Source of the DNA: Lama guanicoe
Taxonomy: Eukaryota
Direction: 5' to 3'
DNA: 64,000 nucleotides
Assembly: GCA_013239625.1 (NCBI GenBank)
Contig: MU053431.1
Coordinates: 1,700,485 to 1,764,484, forward strand
The position numbers were made by a program, and so were the translations under genes. Numbering within the stretch: position 1 is the stretch's first letter; each line of letters starts with the position of its first letter. Positions 26,001-36,478 of the stretch are shown in pieces. Under the pieces are notes generated by a model. It had not been told where the DNA came from. It saw only the letters and a program-made list of their open reading frames with translations, and did no database searches.

Positions 26001-29000
26001 CCAGCTGCTGCTCCCACTCTACCTAGTCCACCTTTCCTGGAACTTAGGGTGCCCCACGTGTCCTTAGGACTCCAGGCTCTAAGGAAGGGCGGGGAGGTCC
26101 AGACCCCATCTTTCCCACCCACAACGTAGTTTCTAACACCAGCCTCTCTGAGCAATGACCAGCTGGTGGCTTCTAAGGAGAACGTGACACCGCATCTGTC
26201 TGCCCAGACGCGGAAGCCTGAGCCATCACCGGCGGCACCCACCAGACGCGAGTGCTGTGAATGGGGGTCTCTGTCCTCCGGGGCCCAGAGCTCCCATCAC
26301 TGCCGCCAAACGCGTGTAATTCCAAGTGATTTATCGGTGCATCTGCGACCCCAGGGGGAGCCTCCCCATCCACCAGCCTTTTGCGAGCACGCTTGGGACC
26401 CACGCACGAGAATCAGAGTCCCCAGCCGCTGCCTTCAAAGACTGCAGAGCCTCTAAAAAGACAAAGGGGGAATTGAAACTCCATCTCCGGAGAGTCACCT
26501 TGCTGGGGAGACACAAAGATGGAGGAACAGAGGGGGGTCTGTGGCCTCTCACAATTCAGCAGGCACTGGCCAGCATCCTGGCCCGGGGGGGGCCGACATC
26601 TCGTTTCACATGGCAGGCTAGCAAAGCTGCGCGATCGGACATGGAGACCCTGCTGACAGCTGCGTCTTGGAAGGTTTATGTGGCCCTGCACAGCGCTAAG
26701 CACCATGGGAACAGTAGGAAACTGAGGCCCAGGGAAGCTGATGCAGAGCCTGAGGGAAAGGTCAGAAAGTGCCTTGTAGAGTCCGGAGTCTTCGGGCCGC
26801 GTCTGGCTTGAAAGGGCTGCTCCCCTCCCAGGATGGAATTACGACTTTGAGAACAGAAAATGCCTCTTACTCCCGTGGACTTCTGCTGCTGAAGACCCTC
26901 CCAGGGGCCCACGCCCTCCCTCCACCTGACAACCGCCCCCCCCCCCGGGGACCCCGTGAAGCTCTACCTTCTGGGAAACTTGGACGACTCTGGGCTGAGA
27001 CTCTTACTGGGACCACTCTGACCTTACGATTCTCCTCTTTGTTAAGCCATGTACTGCTGACAGCTCACGCCTGGACTGCACTGAATGATAATTCCTCACG
27101 TGAACTCAGTGTCTAACAGGGAGATCACAGCCACTCACACATCTATGCCCTGTAACTGAACCCGGCCCCTAACCTTCAGCAAAACAGGGAGATCAGCTTG
27201 GACTTTGCTCCAACGTGTTTCCACCATTCCTCAGATGGGGTGTCAGTTGCCACTGGGTTGAAATGGATGTCTTGTGAAATCAAAAAAAGGAAGAGCATCA
27301 AACAGTTCAGCTGACACACATGCAAAAGTCACCGACATAGCCGTGACCATGGGCACTGTGTTCACAGGAGGTTTTACGTGTTCCCCAGATAAAGCGTGCT
27401 GGCTAAGCGAGGTCATTGAGGGATTGTGTGCCCAATGCCCCGCTTTCCGGGCCCGACCCCCAGGCGGGGGCGTCAAGCCTTACGGTGGGGACGGCGTTCC
27501 TGTCTGGCTGAGAACCTGCCCCACGACCTGGAGAAACTTTCTGCCTCCCTCCCTTCACTTCTCCTCTGATCTCAGGAGACACACTCTCCCCGAAGTGAGA
27601 TGTCCAGACGGCAAGCTGAAGGCCGTGGAGGGAAGGGGTGTGTTTGTACCAGCTCCGCCATTCCAGTTCTGGGGGGGGGCCTTCAAACAGGGTGTCAGAG
27701 AACAATCATTGCCCAGAAAAATGTCAAGCACCATTTCTAGCCTCCTGGAGCTGCCCAGATGGGCAGCAGAGGGGAGCCGGTGAGGCCTGGCTCCATGCTT
27801 TCTTTCCCTTTTAATGACTTCCTCTCCAGACAGCCCCAGCGGGACGGAGCTTATCGAGTTCAGAGTGTTCCGGGGCGCACTGTCAGGCTGCCCCTGTTCT
27901 CAGAGGCTGCTGTGTCTGGGGCTGACCTTCAGGCCTCCTCCCCACCCCTCTAACTCCTCCAGCGCCAGAGGAGGGTGGAGTCGGCCCCCTGATCCCAGGG
28001 CACGCCCCGCCTCTGTGGCAGGTTGCACAGCAGGGGGTCCTCGCAGGGTCCTCCCCAGGGACCTGAGCTCCAGCTTGGCTAGGAGGACCCGAGGCTGCCT
28101 TCTGCACGAATGTGCCCAAAATGTTTGTTCCCCATTTACTTTTCAAATTGGGCCTGTGGCCAAGCCCTGTGGGAGGTTCCCTGGAGGGGAGACCAGCCAA
28201 CACGATGAGGCACCTTGTGGGCCTGGGGGCCATGCTCCCCGGGGGAAGGGGGCCTCCGTGGTGTGTGGGTGAAGCAGGCAGGGCTCCAGCAAGGCTGCAG
28301 GTGGCAGTGAATCACAGAGCCTGAACTGGCCCTGTCCTCCCACTTGGTCCCCTGTGCCTGTCACATCCAGGATAGAGTCTCCATTAACCACGGCCTGTCC
28401 CCAGCACCTGTGTGACCTACCCAGTATCCTTCTCAGACAAGGTCTACGGCTCGGGCCCTCAGTACTGATTGGCTACAATCTAATACCACTTTCTCTCTTC
28501 CTTCATCTGTTTTTTTTAATGGAAACCTATGGCAATGACACAGATAAATGTTTTTCAAAGCAAACTCTTTGAGTAAAATACATGAGTTGCTCAAAGGAAG
28601 AAAACATCTAAATAATGCTTTTAAAGGATAAAATCCAAAATGAAGATTGGAAACTTGAGTCTGGTCCTGCTGCTGACATTTGAAATGCTTTCACCGCACC
28701 GTGGTCGGAAGACTGACAAGTCCTGCTCACGCGCCGCGAGCTCACCACCCGTCCAAGGGCAGCCTGGGCCGCTCCCCGGGGAAGTGCTGGGGCTCCAGGG
28801 TCTCCACACGGAGCTCCAGGCCCTCTCCCCTGCCGGGTGGGGTTGGGGGAGCTTTGAGCAGCCGGCAGCCTCCTCTTCCAGGTGGAACGACCAGTGTCCC
28901 AGCAGTTCCTCACCCTCTCAGAGGGAACTTCTCCATCCGGGAACAACAGTGGGTTGTTTTCTTCTCTTAAAGGGCAGTGCCAGGAGTGGAGGCCAGTATT

Positions 29001-29377
29001 CCAGGTGTACCTGGACCTCGGCCCAGCTTCCGGGAGCCCCAAGGACATTGCCAGGGACTCCCAGGACCAGATGGGAGTGGGTCAAAGCCCAGCTCGGAAG
29101 GAAGAGCATTTCATAAATAACTGTGTGAGGGGACACTTCCCCATAAGCACCCCTCCTCTAGCTGTGACTCTCCGCCCCCCCCCCCAGGAAGAGGCCAGCC
29201 CTGCACCTCCCTGTGCGTCCATGGACTTTACTGACCAGCAAGGTCACGCTCTGGCCGCTACTCCCTTAGCCCACTTACCTCAGCACTCAGACGCACACAG
29301 CTGATTCTGTAGACCCCTTGACATACATATGTATGTGTGTGCGTATGTATTTACTGTTGTGCTACTGTACGAAGGCA

Positions 29378-29480
29378 TTTTGGTGGCGGGTAGCCAGGCT
29401 TACCTTTGGAGGAGGTGTGGGGGCTGAACCCAGGACCTCGGCCATGCTAAGCATGTGCTCTGCCACTTGAACTATACCTA
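29378..29480 (-). mobile_element. Second, more diverged tRNA-Ala-derived (vic-1-like) SINE
   Basis: ggaggtgtgggggctgaacccaggacctcggccatgctaagcatgtgctctgccacttgaactatacc aligns with the copy at 5650-5720. Confidence 0.85.
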
Positions 29481-29609
29481 ACTCCTTCTTTTAAAGTAAG
29501 TTCATTGTAAGGAAAATAGAAAGGAAGCACTGCGGACGTTGTTGGGCCCCGCTGTTAAAGCGCCGCTGCTTGGCCGCTCTCAGGAGCCTCGATGCCCACC
29601 AAACTCCTC

Positions 29610-29760
29610 CCTTGTCTTACTCCGTTCAGTTTTTCAACAGCCCTTGAAGGAAGCTCCGTGTCACTCCTGTTCTACACAGGAGGGAACTGAGACTCAGAGA
29701 GATTAAGCAATGTGTTCAAGGTCACAGAACATGAAAATTGGTGGGATCCAAACAGGGCCT
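29610..29760 (-). mobile_element. MIR fragment
   Basis: gggaactgagactcagagagattaagcaatgtgttcaaggtcacag (reverse MIR core). Confidence 0.75.
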
Positions 29761-29798
29761 CCTATGGACGGCAGCGTGCCTGCTGCCCCCCTTCCGCC

Positions 29799-29818
29799 TG
29801 ACATCAGCCCTGACGTCA
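29799..29818. promoter_or_regulatory. Tandem CRE-like (TGACATCA) and perfect CRE (TGACGTCA)
   Basis: TGACATCA 29799-29806 and TGACGTCA 29811-29818 at the upstream edge of the CpG island. Motif match only. Confidence 0.45.
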
Positions 29819-29899
29819 AATAGAGGGTCATTTTACCGAAAAGGCAACAGGCAGAAAGCAGTGGATTCCCCAGGCGAGGGTGCTGGCCTCACCATGCGC

Positions 29900-31400
29900 C
29901 AGGGCACGTCCGCAAACCCACACCCCCGACTCCCGTGGGCGCCAGGGGGCCCCCGAGGGGCCGCGCAGAGGTGGGCGTCCCGACCCAGGGCAGCGGCCGC
30001 CGCTCTCCGCGCCTTCGCCCCGGCCCCCGCCGTGCCACCGGTGGTCTTTCCGAAGGGGTGAGCCGGGAAACTCCCTGCCTCCCACGTCCTCTCCCAGGAT
30101 CTCGGCCCCACACGCCCAGGTTCATTTCCCAGTCGGTGCGAAGCTGAGTCGACCAATGGCCTGGGGAGCGGACTTCACCGCTCGGCTCTCGGCTTCCCGG
30201 CCTGTAGCTCGGACGTCGGGGTCTCTCCGGGTTGGGGAGGGATTAGTCAGCGGAAGGCGCGCGGCCGGCGCGGGGCGCCGAGGGGTCGCTCTGCTCCCGA
30301 GCGGCGGCGACCTGGGGGATGGCGAGGAGTCCCGCCCCTCCGCCCCGGCCCCGCGCCCCCTCGCCCCCGCGGGCCCCGCGCCCCCTCCTCTTTGCTCCAG
30401 CCCGGGGCCCCGCCCCTAGCTCCCGCCCCTGCCGCGCGCTCCGTAGCTGTCAGCTCAGGAGGCGGGCCCGGGGCGCGGGGGCCGGGCCCAGCCCGCTCGG
30501 CGCAGCCATTGGCCGGCGCAGGCGAGGCCGGGCGGCCGCCTCCCGGCGTGGGGGGCGGGCCCGGGAGGGGATGAATGAAGCGGGAGAGGGCGGCGAGCGG
30601 CAGACAGTGTGGCTCGCGGCGCAGCGGCCGGACCCTCGGGACGGTGAGTACCCCGGACTGCGCGGGCCGGGGAGGGTCAGGGCGCCTCCGTGGGCGCGCT
30701 GCGCGGGTGCGCCGGGCCCCGACCTGCTGACGTTAGGAGCGCGACAGGTGCCCGCAGACGCTGAGCAGGGGCCAGCGGGATCGGGGTGGCGCCGGGAGGG
30801 GCAGGACTTTGGGCACCAGCAGTGGGCCCCGAACCCCTCCGCGGCCGGAGGAGCCGGACCCAGCCTGCCTCCGGGGAATTTGCTGCAAAATGCACCCCCT
30901 CTCTCTGCGGCTCCCCCCGGGCCAGGAGCCTCTGAGGAGGAGGATGGAGGGGAAGGGGATGAGCGGTGGTAGAGGCTCGGACGCGGAGGAAGGGAGCGGC
31001 CAGGGCTGGCGGCCGGAGCAGGTGGCCGGGTGCGCAGGCCCGCGCAGGCCACGCGGGTCGGCCGGGGACAGATGCGGTTCTCGGAGCTGCAGGGTTGCGG
31101 CGGGCGCCCCACTTGTGGCGGATGCCACTGCTGCTGAGTCAAGGAGGAAATGGTCATGCATAGAAGTTTCTTGCGGGCGGCGGGCTTTGTTCGCGCCAAT
31201 CGCGCTCCAGACACCTCGGGGAGGAGAGCCAGGCGGAGTAGTCCCAGCCGCGCGGCTACAGTGTGGGCGCGAGGGACTGGTCCCAGCCTCTGCGTCGCCA
31301 GTCGCTCCGCTGTCCCGGCCCCTCCACGCAAGGTCCCCAGGTGCGCAGTGCAGAGCGGTGGCTGGCGTATCTGGTGCCCCGGGATGCAGGCCGAGGGCGA
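29900..31400. promoter_or_regulatory. SLCO4A1: CpG island / SLCO4A1 promoter
   Basis: Very high GC and CpG density, several GGGCGG/CCGCCC boxes, CCAAT at 30153-30157, inverted CCAAT (ATTGG) at 30508-30512, and a strong donor at 30644. Boundaries are approximate. Confidence 0.88.
30540..30643 (+). other. SLCO4A1: SLCO4A1 putative exon 1 (5' UTR; start approximate)
   Basis: ACG|GTGAGT consensus donor at 30641-30649, inside the CpG island and downstream of the CCAAT/GC boxes. The TSS cannot be determined from sequence alone. Confidence 0.72.
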
Positions 31401-31914
31401 GGCAGGGTGGAAATGAGGCACCTAGTGGGCACACTCGGCCCAAGACGTGGAAACCTGAGGCAGATGGACGCTGAGATTTCCAACCCTGCAGAGCAAGCCT
31501 TGGGAGTGTGGGAACCTAATGGGAGAAGCCCACCGGGCAGTGGGCTCAGCACCGCAAGGATGAGAGGCTGGCTGGTCCTGTCCCCCAGGCACTGCAACCC
31601 CACGTAGAGGGCTAGGGACTCCCTCTGCCAAGGTCAGCCTTGGTAATGGGCCTATGTCTGTCCGGAGCCCCTAGGAACTTCAGGAGTTTTCCACAGTGAA
31701 GGAACCAGCTTCCCAGAGGCCATTCCTTGCTTGCTTTGGGGGACTTGGGTTCCCTCTGTCTAATCAGAAGCCAGATCTGGAGAGCCGGTGGGGCTCAGTG
31801 AACTGTGAGCCTGGTGGTGCTGTGAGGTTTTCTCTGAGCAGCTTGGGGCAAGTGGACTTCAGAGGAGAGGGAACACCCGGTTTTAGCCGGGTTTGCAGAT
31901 AAATCCAACACCAG

Positions 31915-32145
31915 AAGTAACACTAATGAAACATGTGTCTTTATTGCACACTTAGAATGTGCCTGCCCTCGCTGTGGGCTTTGAGCCTTATCTCACTGAA
32001 TCCTTGCCACAACCCACGAAGGAGCTACTATCGCTCCCATTCCACAGATTAGTAAACCGAGGCTCTGCACGGTGAAGTGCATGTCCAAGGTCACACAGGC
32101 AGCACGTGGTGGAGAGATCTGAATCCAGGTTTGTGTGATTCCAGA
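31915..32145 (-). mobile_element. Near full-length MIR in intron 1
   Basis: ttatctcactgaatccttgccacaaccc, cccattccacagattagtaaaccgaggct, tccaaggtcacacag, tgaatccaggtttgtgtgattcca. Confidence 0.8.
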
Positions 32146-34346
32146 CACCTTATAGCTCTGTTCCTGGGGAAGAAGGAAACCCGGGAGAGCCAGGTCTGAC
32201 AGAACAGGTCCTCAAAGGTGGCTGCACCTAAGAGGACAAAAGCATTTGTCTGGGGTAGTCCGTGCCTGTGGGATGCAGGCAGGATGACTCTGGGTCTGCT
32301 CAGCCCAGCCTTTCTCCCTGCTGTGGAGGGACGGAGGGAGAGGCCTCTCGGTCAGACCCCCATGTCGCTGACTGCCCTGCATCAGGACCTGCTGAGCAGG
32401 GCTGGCAGACACTACTTGGAAATCCTTCGCAGGTTGCTTCCCTTTTGGGGGGCTATGATCTAATCCATGGTCCCCTGGGTATGTCCCCCCCACCCCTGGC
32501 AGGTGCTGGGCAGGTCCCAACCCAGTGCCTCCCTGCCACCGTGGTGAGGTGGCCGGGTGTCTGGAGGTCAGGCAGGAGGAGGGCCGTGTGGTTGGCGGTC
32601 TTGGGGATGGTGCTCTGTCCTGTTAGCCGGATTCTGAGTGACCCCGCTGGGAGAGCCTGGCTCTCCCTGGGCCTCTGGTGGGGCCTTGATGGACAAACCC
32701 ACAGTTGCAGTGGGCTCTGGTCTGGCTTCCAAACAGAGAAGGTTCCTCTGCTCACTGTGAAGTCCAAGGCGACTTAGGGAGCTTAGTGTTATCTCCCTGA
32801 CACCCTCAATCTAGGAGTCTCTGTGAGTGTGAGCCTGTTGCCAGGGCAGCACAAGCTCATAGCTTCGCGCACTCATGCCCTGGATCGAGTCCTCGCTTCC
32901 CGAGGCCTCCCTGAGTGCTACAGGCAGGGAGCGGGACAGAGCCTGGGCCCGGGGGGACCCAGCGGACTCCGCTGGGCTGTGCTCCGCTTCCTCCGTGGCT
33001 TTGTCCAGCTGGAGTGTGGGCAGGGACGCCCTCCGGAGCCTCCTGTTGGCAGCCGTGGCAAAGGGCCCGTCGTTCGCTTCTGGAGGGACATAGAGAATAA
33101 GCCTCAGGACCTCTGGGCCACTTTTGTTCCTGAACATGTGACCTCGGCGTGGTTGTGGTGGGCGTGGGTGTCGACATCAGCGCAGGGCCCCCATCTTCAT
33201 CATGACAAGTAATCAGACAGGCCCCCCCAAGATTCCGACCCAAGAGTGGGAGGGAGGCACCAGCTCAGGCCTCAGGTGAGCAGAGTTACTCATTGGATCC
33301 AGGTCCTGCAGGGGGAATGGAAGCCAGCCTGGCTGCTGGCACGCTGGGCCCAGGCCTTTCCCGCCGTAGGCTGGTCCTGGGGACTCTTTCCGCTGGTGCC
33401 CTGAGTCAGCCTTCAGCCCTCCGTCCTCACACATCCCTGTTCCCCTTGGTGACCACGCCACAGCCCTCTTTCCACCAGCATGACACAGAATTAGCCTCTT
33501 GGACCACATTTCCGGGGGTGGGGAGGCACGTTCACAAACCACATGCCTTTCACAAAAGGCGCACACTCACCATGTGGCCAGGTGAGGCTGGCTGCAGGCC
33601 AGCACTGTGCGGGGCCTGCTGACCAAGGCCCAGGAGGGTCAGCTTATTGCTGTAGAGTGTCACAGGCTCCCAGGCTGGGGGCTTCCAGCAGGTTCTCTCA
33701 TCCCATGCAGCTGGGCGCCCCATAAACACCCTAATCCACGGGGCTGTTTTTTCTCAATGGCTTTTTTATCCAGCAAGTCCTGGTGGCCCCTCCACCCTGA
33801 GTACCGAGGGCTTGGGCTGGGCTGGGCTGAGAGCAGTGCCCCTGCCCCACCTGGGCTTGCTCCGGACCCTTGCCTTTGCCCTGGGATCTACCACGTGGCA
33901 CATGCTGTGCCCTGGTATTTGGACCCATGGGCCTAAGAGGCCACCTGGGAGTGGCGGAGCCCAGCCTGCGCCTGGAGAAGGCCCACCATGTGGACAGAAC
34001 CCACTCCCTGGTGCCCCCAAGCCCCGGGAGGGCCTCTGCCAGTCTGCTCACCCCGCCCTCCCACACCCTGGGTTCAGCCGTGGAGACAGGGTGGGAACGG
34101 GAGCATGCAGACAGCGGGACACTCCCCATTCCCAGGGGAGGGACAGGTCTTTCCAGGTCTTTCCAGGTCTTCCTCAGACAATCCTTCATTGTGGGCCTCC
34201 ATGCAAAGCAGCCAGCTTCCCGCCCATTCACCTGTGTGTGGTCACCAAGTATGCAAATTAGGGTGTGCCGGGCCCCCTGGGGCCTGCCTCCCAGGTCCCT
34301 GTTCTATAAATAGCTTTAAGCCTCATCTGCAAAAAGTGAGAGCCCC

Positions 34347-34380
34347 TTCACTCACTCATTCACTCACTCACTCACTCACT
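34347..34380. repeat. (CTCA)n tetranucleotide microsatellite
   Basis: ttcactcactcattcactcactcactcactcact. Confidence 0.9.
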
Positions 34381-34385
34381 CCCTC

Positions 34386-34479
34386 GGAGGCCCCAGAGGC
34401 CATGTGGGGAGGGGCGGGGCGGGGGACTGGGAGGAGGCCCCAGAGGCCATGTGGGGAGGGGCGGGGCGGGGGACTGGGA
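34386..34479 (+). repeat. Perfect 47-bp tandem duplication, G-rich
   Basis: GGAGGCCCCAGAGGCCATGTGGGGAGGGGCGGGGCGGGGGACTGGGA x2 (34386-34432, 34433-34479). Confidence 0.93.
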
Positions 34480-36109
34480 GGGAGGGAGGGAAGGGCCGAG
34501 GGGGCTGGCGGTGCCTGAGGCGGTGGGGGGGGTGCTGCCATCAGGGTGTGGGACATGGCACAATGCTGTGTCATTGGCTGGTGGCCTCAGCACGATCAGG
34601 TCAGCGAGGCGGGAGTCTACTGGCTGGAGCCTAAGGAGAAAGGAGAAATGAAACCTGGGTTCTCCCCTGGCTGCCAAGTTCCCAGTGGGGCCAGGAGCGA
34701 GCCTGGGAGCACCCCTAGTGTGAGGAAGGGCCCCACCTGCTCCATCCCCAGCCTCAGGCCTCCCAGGGGCGTTTGCTGGAGCTGGAGCTGGGACTACCTC
34801 TCAGGAAGCAGGCCCAGGAGGCCCAGGGGCCGCCACCGGAGGCTTAAAATATTACTCTCTACTCTTTGTAATCCTGCATGCCTCCCACCTGCTACCCTTG
34901 GCAGACAGCCTTCAACTAGGAGACAAATAAATGCACAGGACCTGTGTCAGCGTCTAAGAAGTGGGCAGTGCTAAGCGTATGAATATTAAAATCCTTTCAG
35001 TTCCTTGTTGAAACTACGTCTGGATTCTTGCAGGTGGTGGTGGTGAGCTATCCACATGGGGCCCCTGACGGCTCCCAGGGCAGCGGCAGTGGGGGGCTTG
35101 TGAGGATGTGAGGAGGGGGGAGGGGAAAGCCCTGGATTTCTTTGCACAGACACCCAAGGCTCAGCTGATGGGCCAGGCCCCTCGGGAGCTGGAAGAAACC
35201 CATGATCTCCTGCTAAGATAGCTTGACACACACAGAAGTGCACGCACACGCTTGCACACGTGCGCACACATGCGAGCCCTCTGGCCCGCCCTGCTGAGGC
35301 CCCAGGTGCAGAGCTGCTGGCCGGAGGCCCCAGGGTACACATTATCCCTGCTGCTAATCACCCTGCCTAAGCCCGCAGGCTCTGACTCTCCCAAGGGGGC
35401 GGGGAGGGCCTCTGGCAGTAGGGGTGACTCCCATGGACCCCTCCTCCTGCTGCCATCTGGCCAGGGACAGGCGGGAGGATGGGAATTTTGTCTGTGCTTC
35501 TCAGGCCAGGAAAGCCGTCTTAGGCTTCATCAGAGCTGCTCCTGGCCTCCGAAGTCCCCCAACGAGGTCAGAGTGGAGCAGCAGGGAGGGCACTGCCCAA
35601 GGGCCATCACCCCCCTCCGCCCCCTGCAGGGAGCCCCTTCCTGCTGCCCTCCTCTTTGGGGTCACGGGGCTGGTGCGCCTCGAAGACCACGGGGATCGTG
35701 CCCAAGTCGGTGGTGACAGTTGTGTCTGTAACGTGGGGGTGCCCTCGATGGGGATGTCATGGTCTGTCATGCACAGAAGGGGCTCAGCGGCGGTGCTGGC
35801 GTGTCCTGTCAGGTGCCCCTGCTCTGAAGCCCTGCTCCGAGCGGCATGTCTCTTGCCTCCGGCTCTCTGCCGCCTGCGCTGTTCTGATGTGCAGTCAGGA
35901 CAGTCTGCTGCTGGCTCTTAAATGACAACCTCCGTGTAGGGGGCAGGGAGCTCCTTGCGGACGGGGTGGAGTCTGGGGGTCCCCAAGCCCGCCGCCCAGC
36001 ACAGGCCTCGCCCAGCAGGTGCTGGCCTTGGACGACCTGCTGCATTGGGCAGGGTTCTCGGGGAAACCCAGCCACAGGAGATCCCTGGATGGACAGCTCT
36101 GTGAAGAGG

Positions 36110-36478
36110 CTGATCTAAGAACTCAGCACACGTGAGTCTGGAGGCTAGAAGTTGTGAGATTTCCTGCCTGCATCTGGAGACCCAACAAGGATGAAGTTGT
36201 GGTTCGCGTCTGAAAGCCAGCAGCCTTGAGACCCAGGAAGAGCGATGCTTCGTTTCGAGTCTAGAGGCAGGAAACGCTGACGTTCAAAGGCAGTCCCGCA
36301 GGGAATTCGGGGATGGGTCTGCTTTTGGTGCTATTCAGCCCTTCAGCTGATTGGATGAGGCCCACCGGCACTGAGTCTACCAATCCAAAGGCTAATCAAG
36401 TCCACACTCCTGGCAGTTTGCCCAATGTCCAGGCACCCTGGGGCCCACCAGATGGACAGGTAGACTCCACCATCACGC
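36110..36478 (-). mobile_element. MLT2-type (ERVL) LTR relic
   Basis: ttgagacccaggaagagc, ctattcagcccttcagctgattggatgaggcccacc, agtctaccaatccaaaggctaatc, ending ccatcac. Confidence 0.75.

Noticed and set aside
1-29000. miR-1-1 / miR-133a-2 hairpins expected from synteny
   Set aside because: I did not see the mature sequences by eye on either strand; they probably lie upstream of the window. An exact string search would settle this.
30319-31474. Several 200-320 aa ORFs across the CpG island
   Set aside because: Typical stop-poor CpG-island sequence; not coding-like, apart from the spliced uORF and extension reported as a finding.
34144-34172. CAGGTCTTTC x3 and other short repeats as CRISPR-like arrays
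   Set aside because: Direct tandem slippage repeats without spacers; the DNA is eukaryotic and has no cas-like genes.
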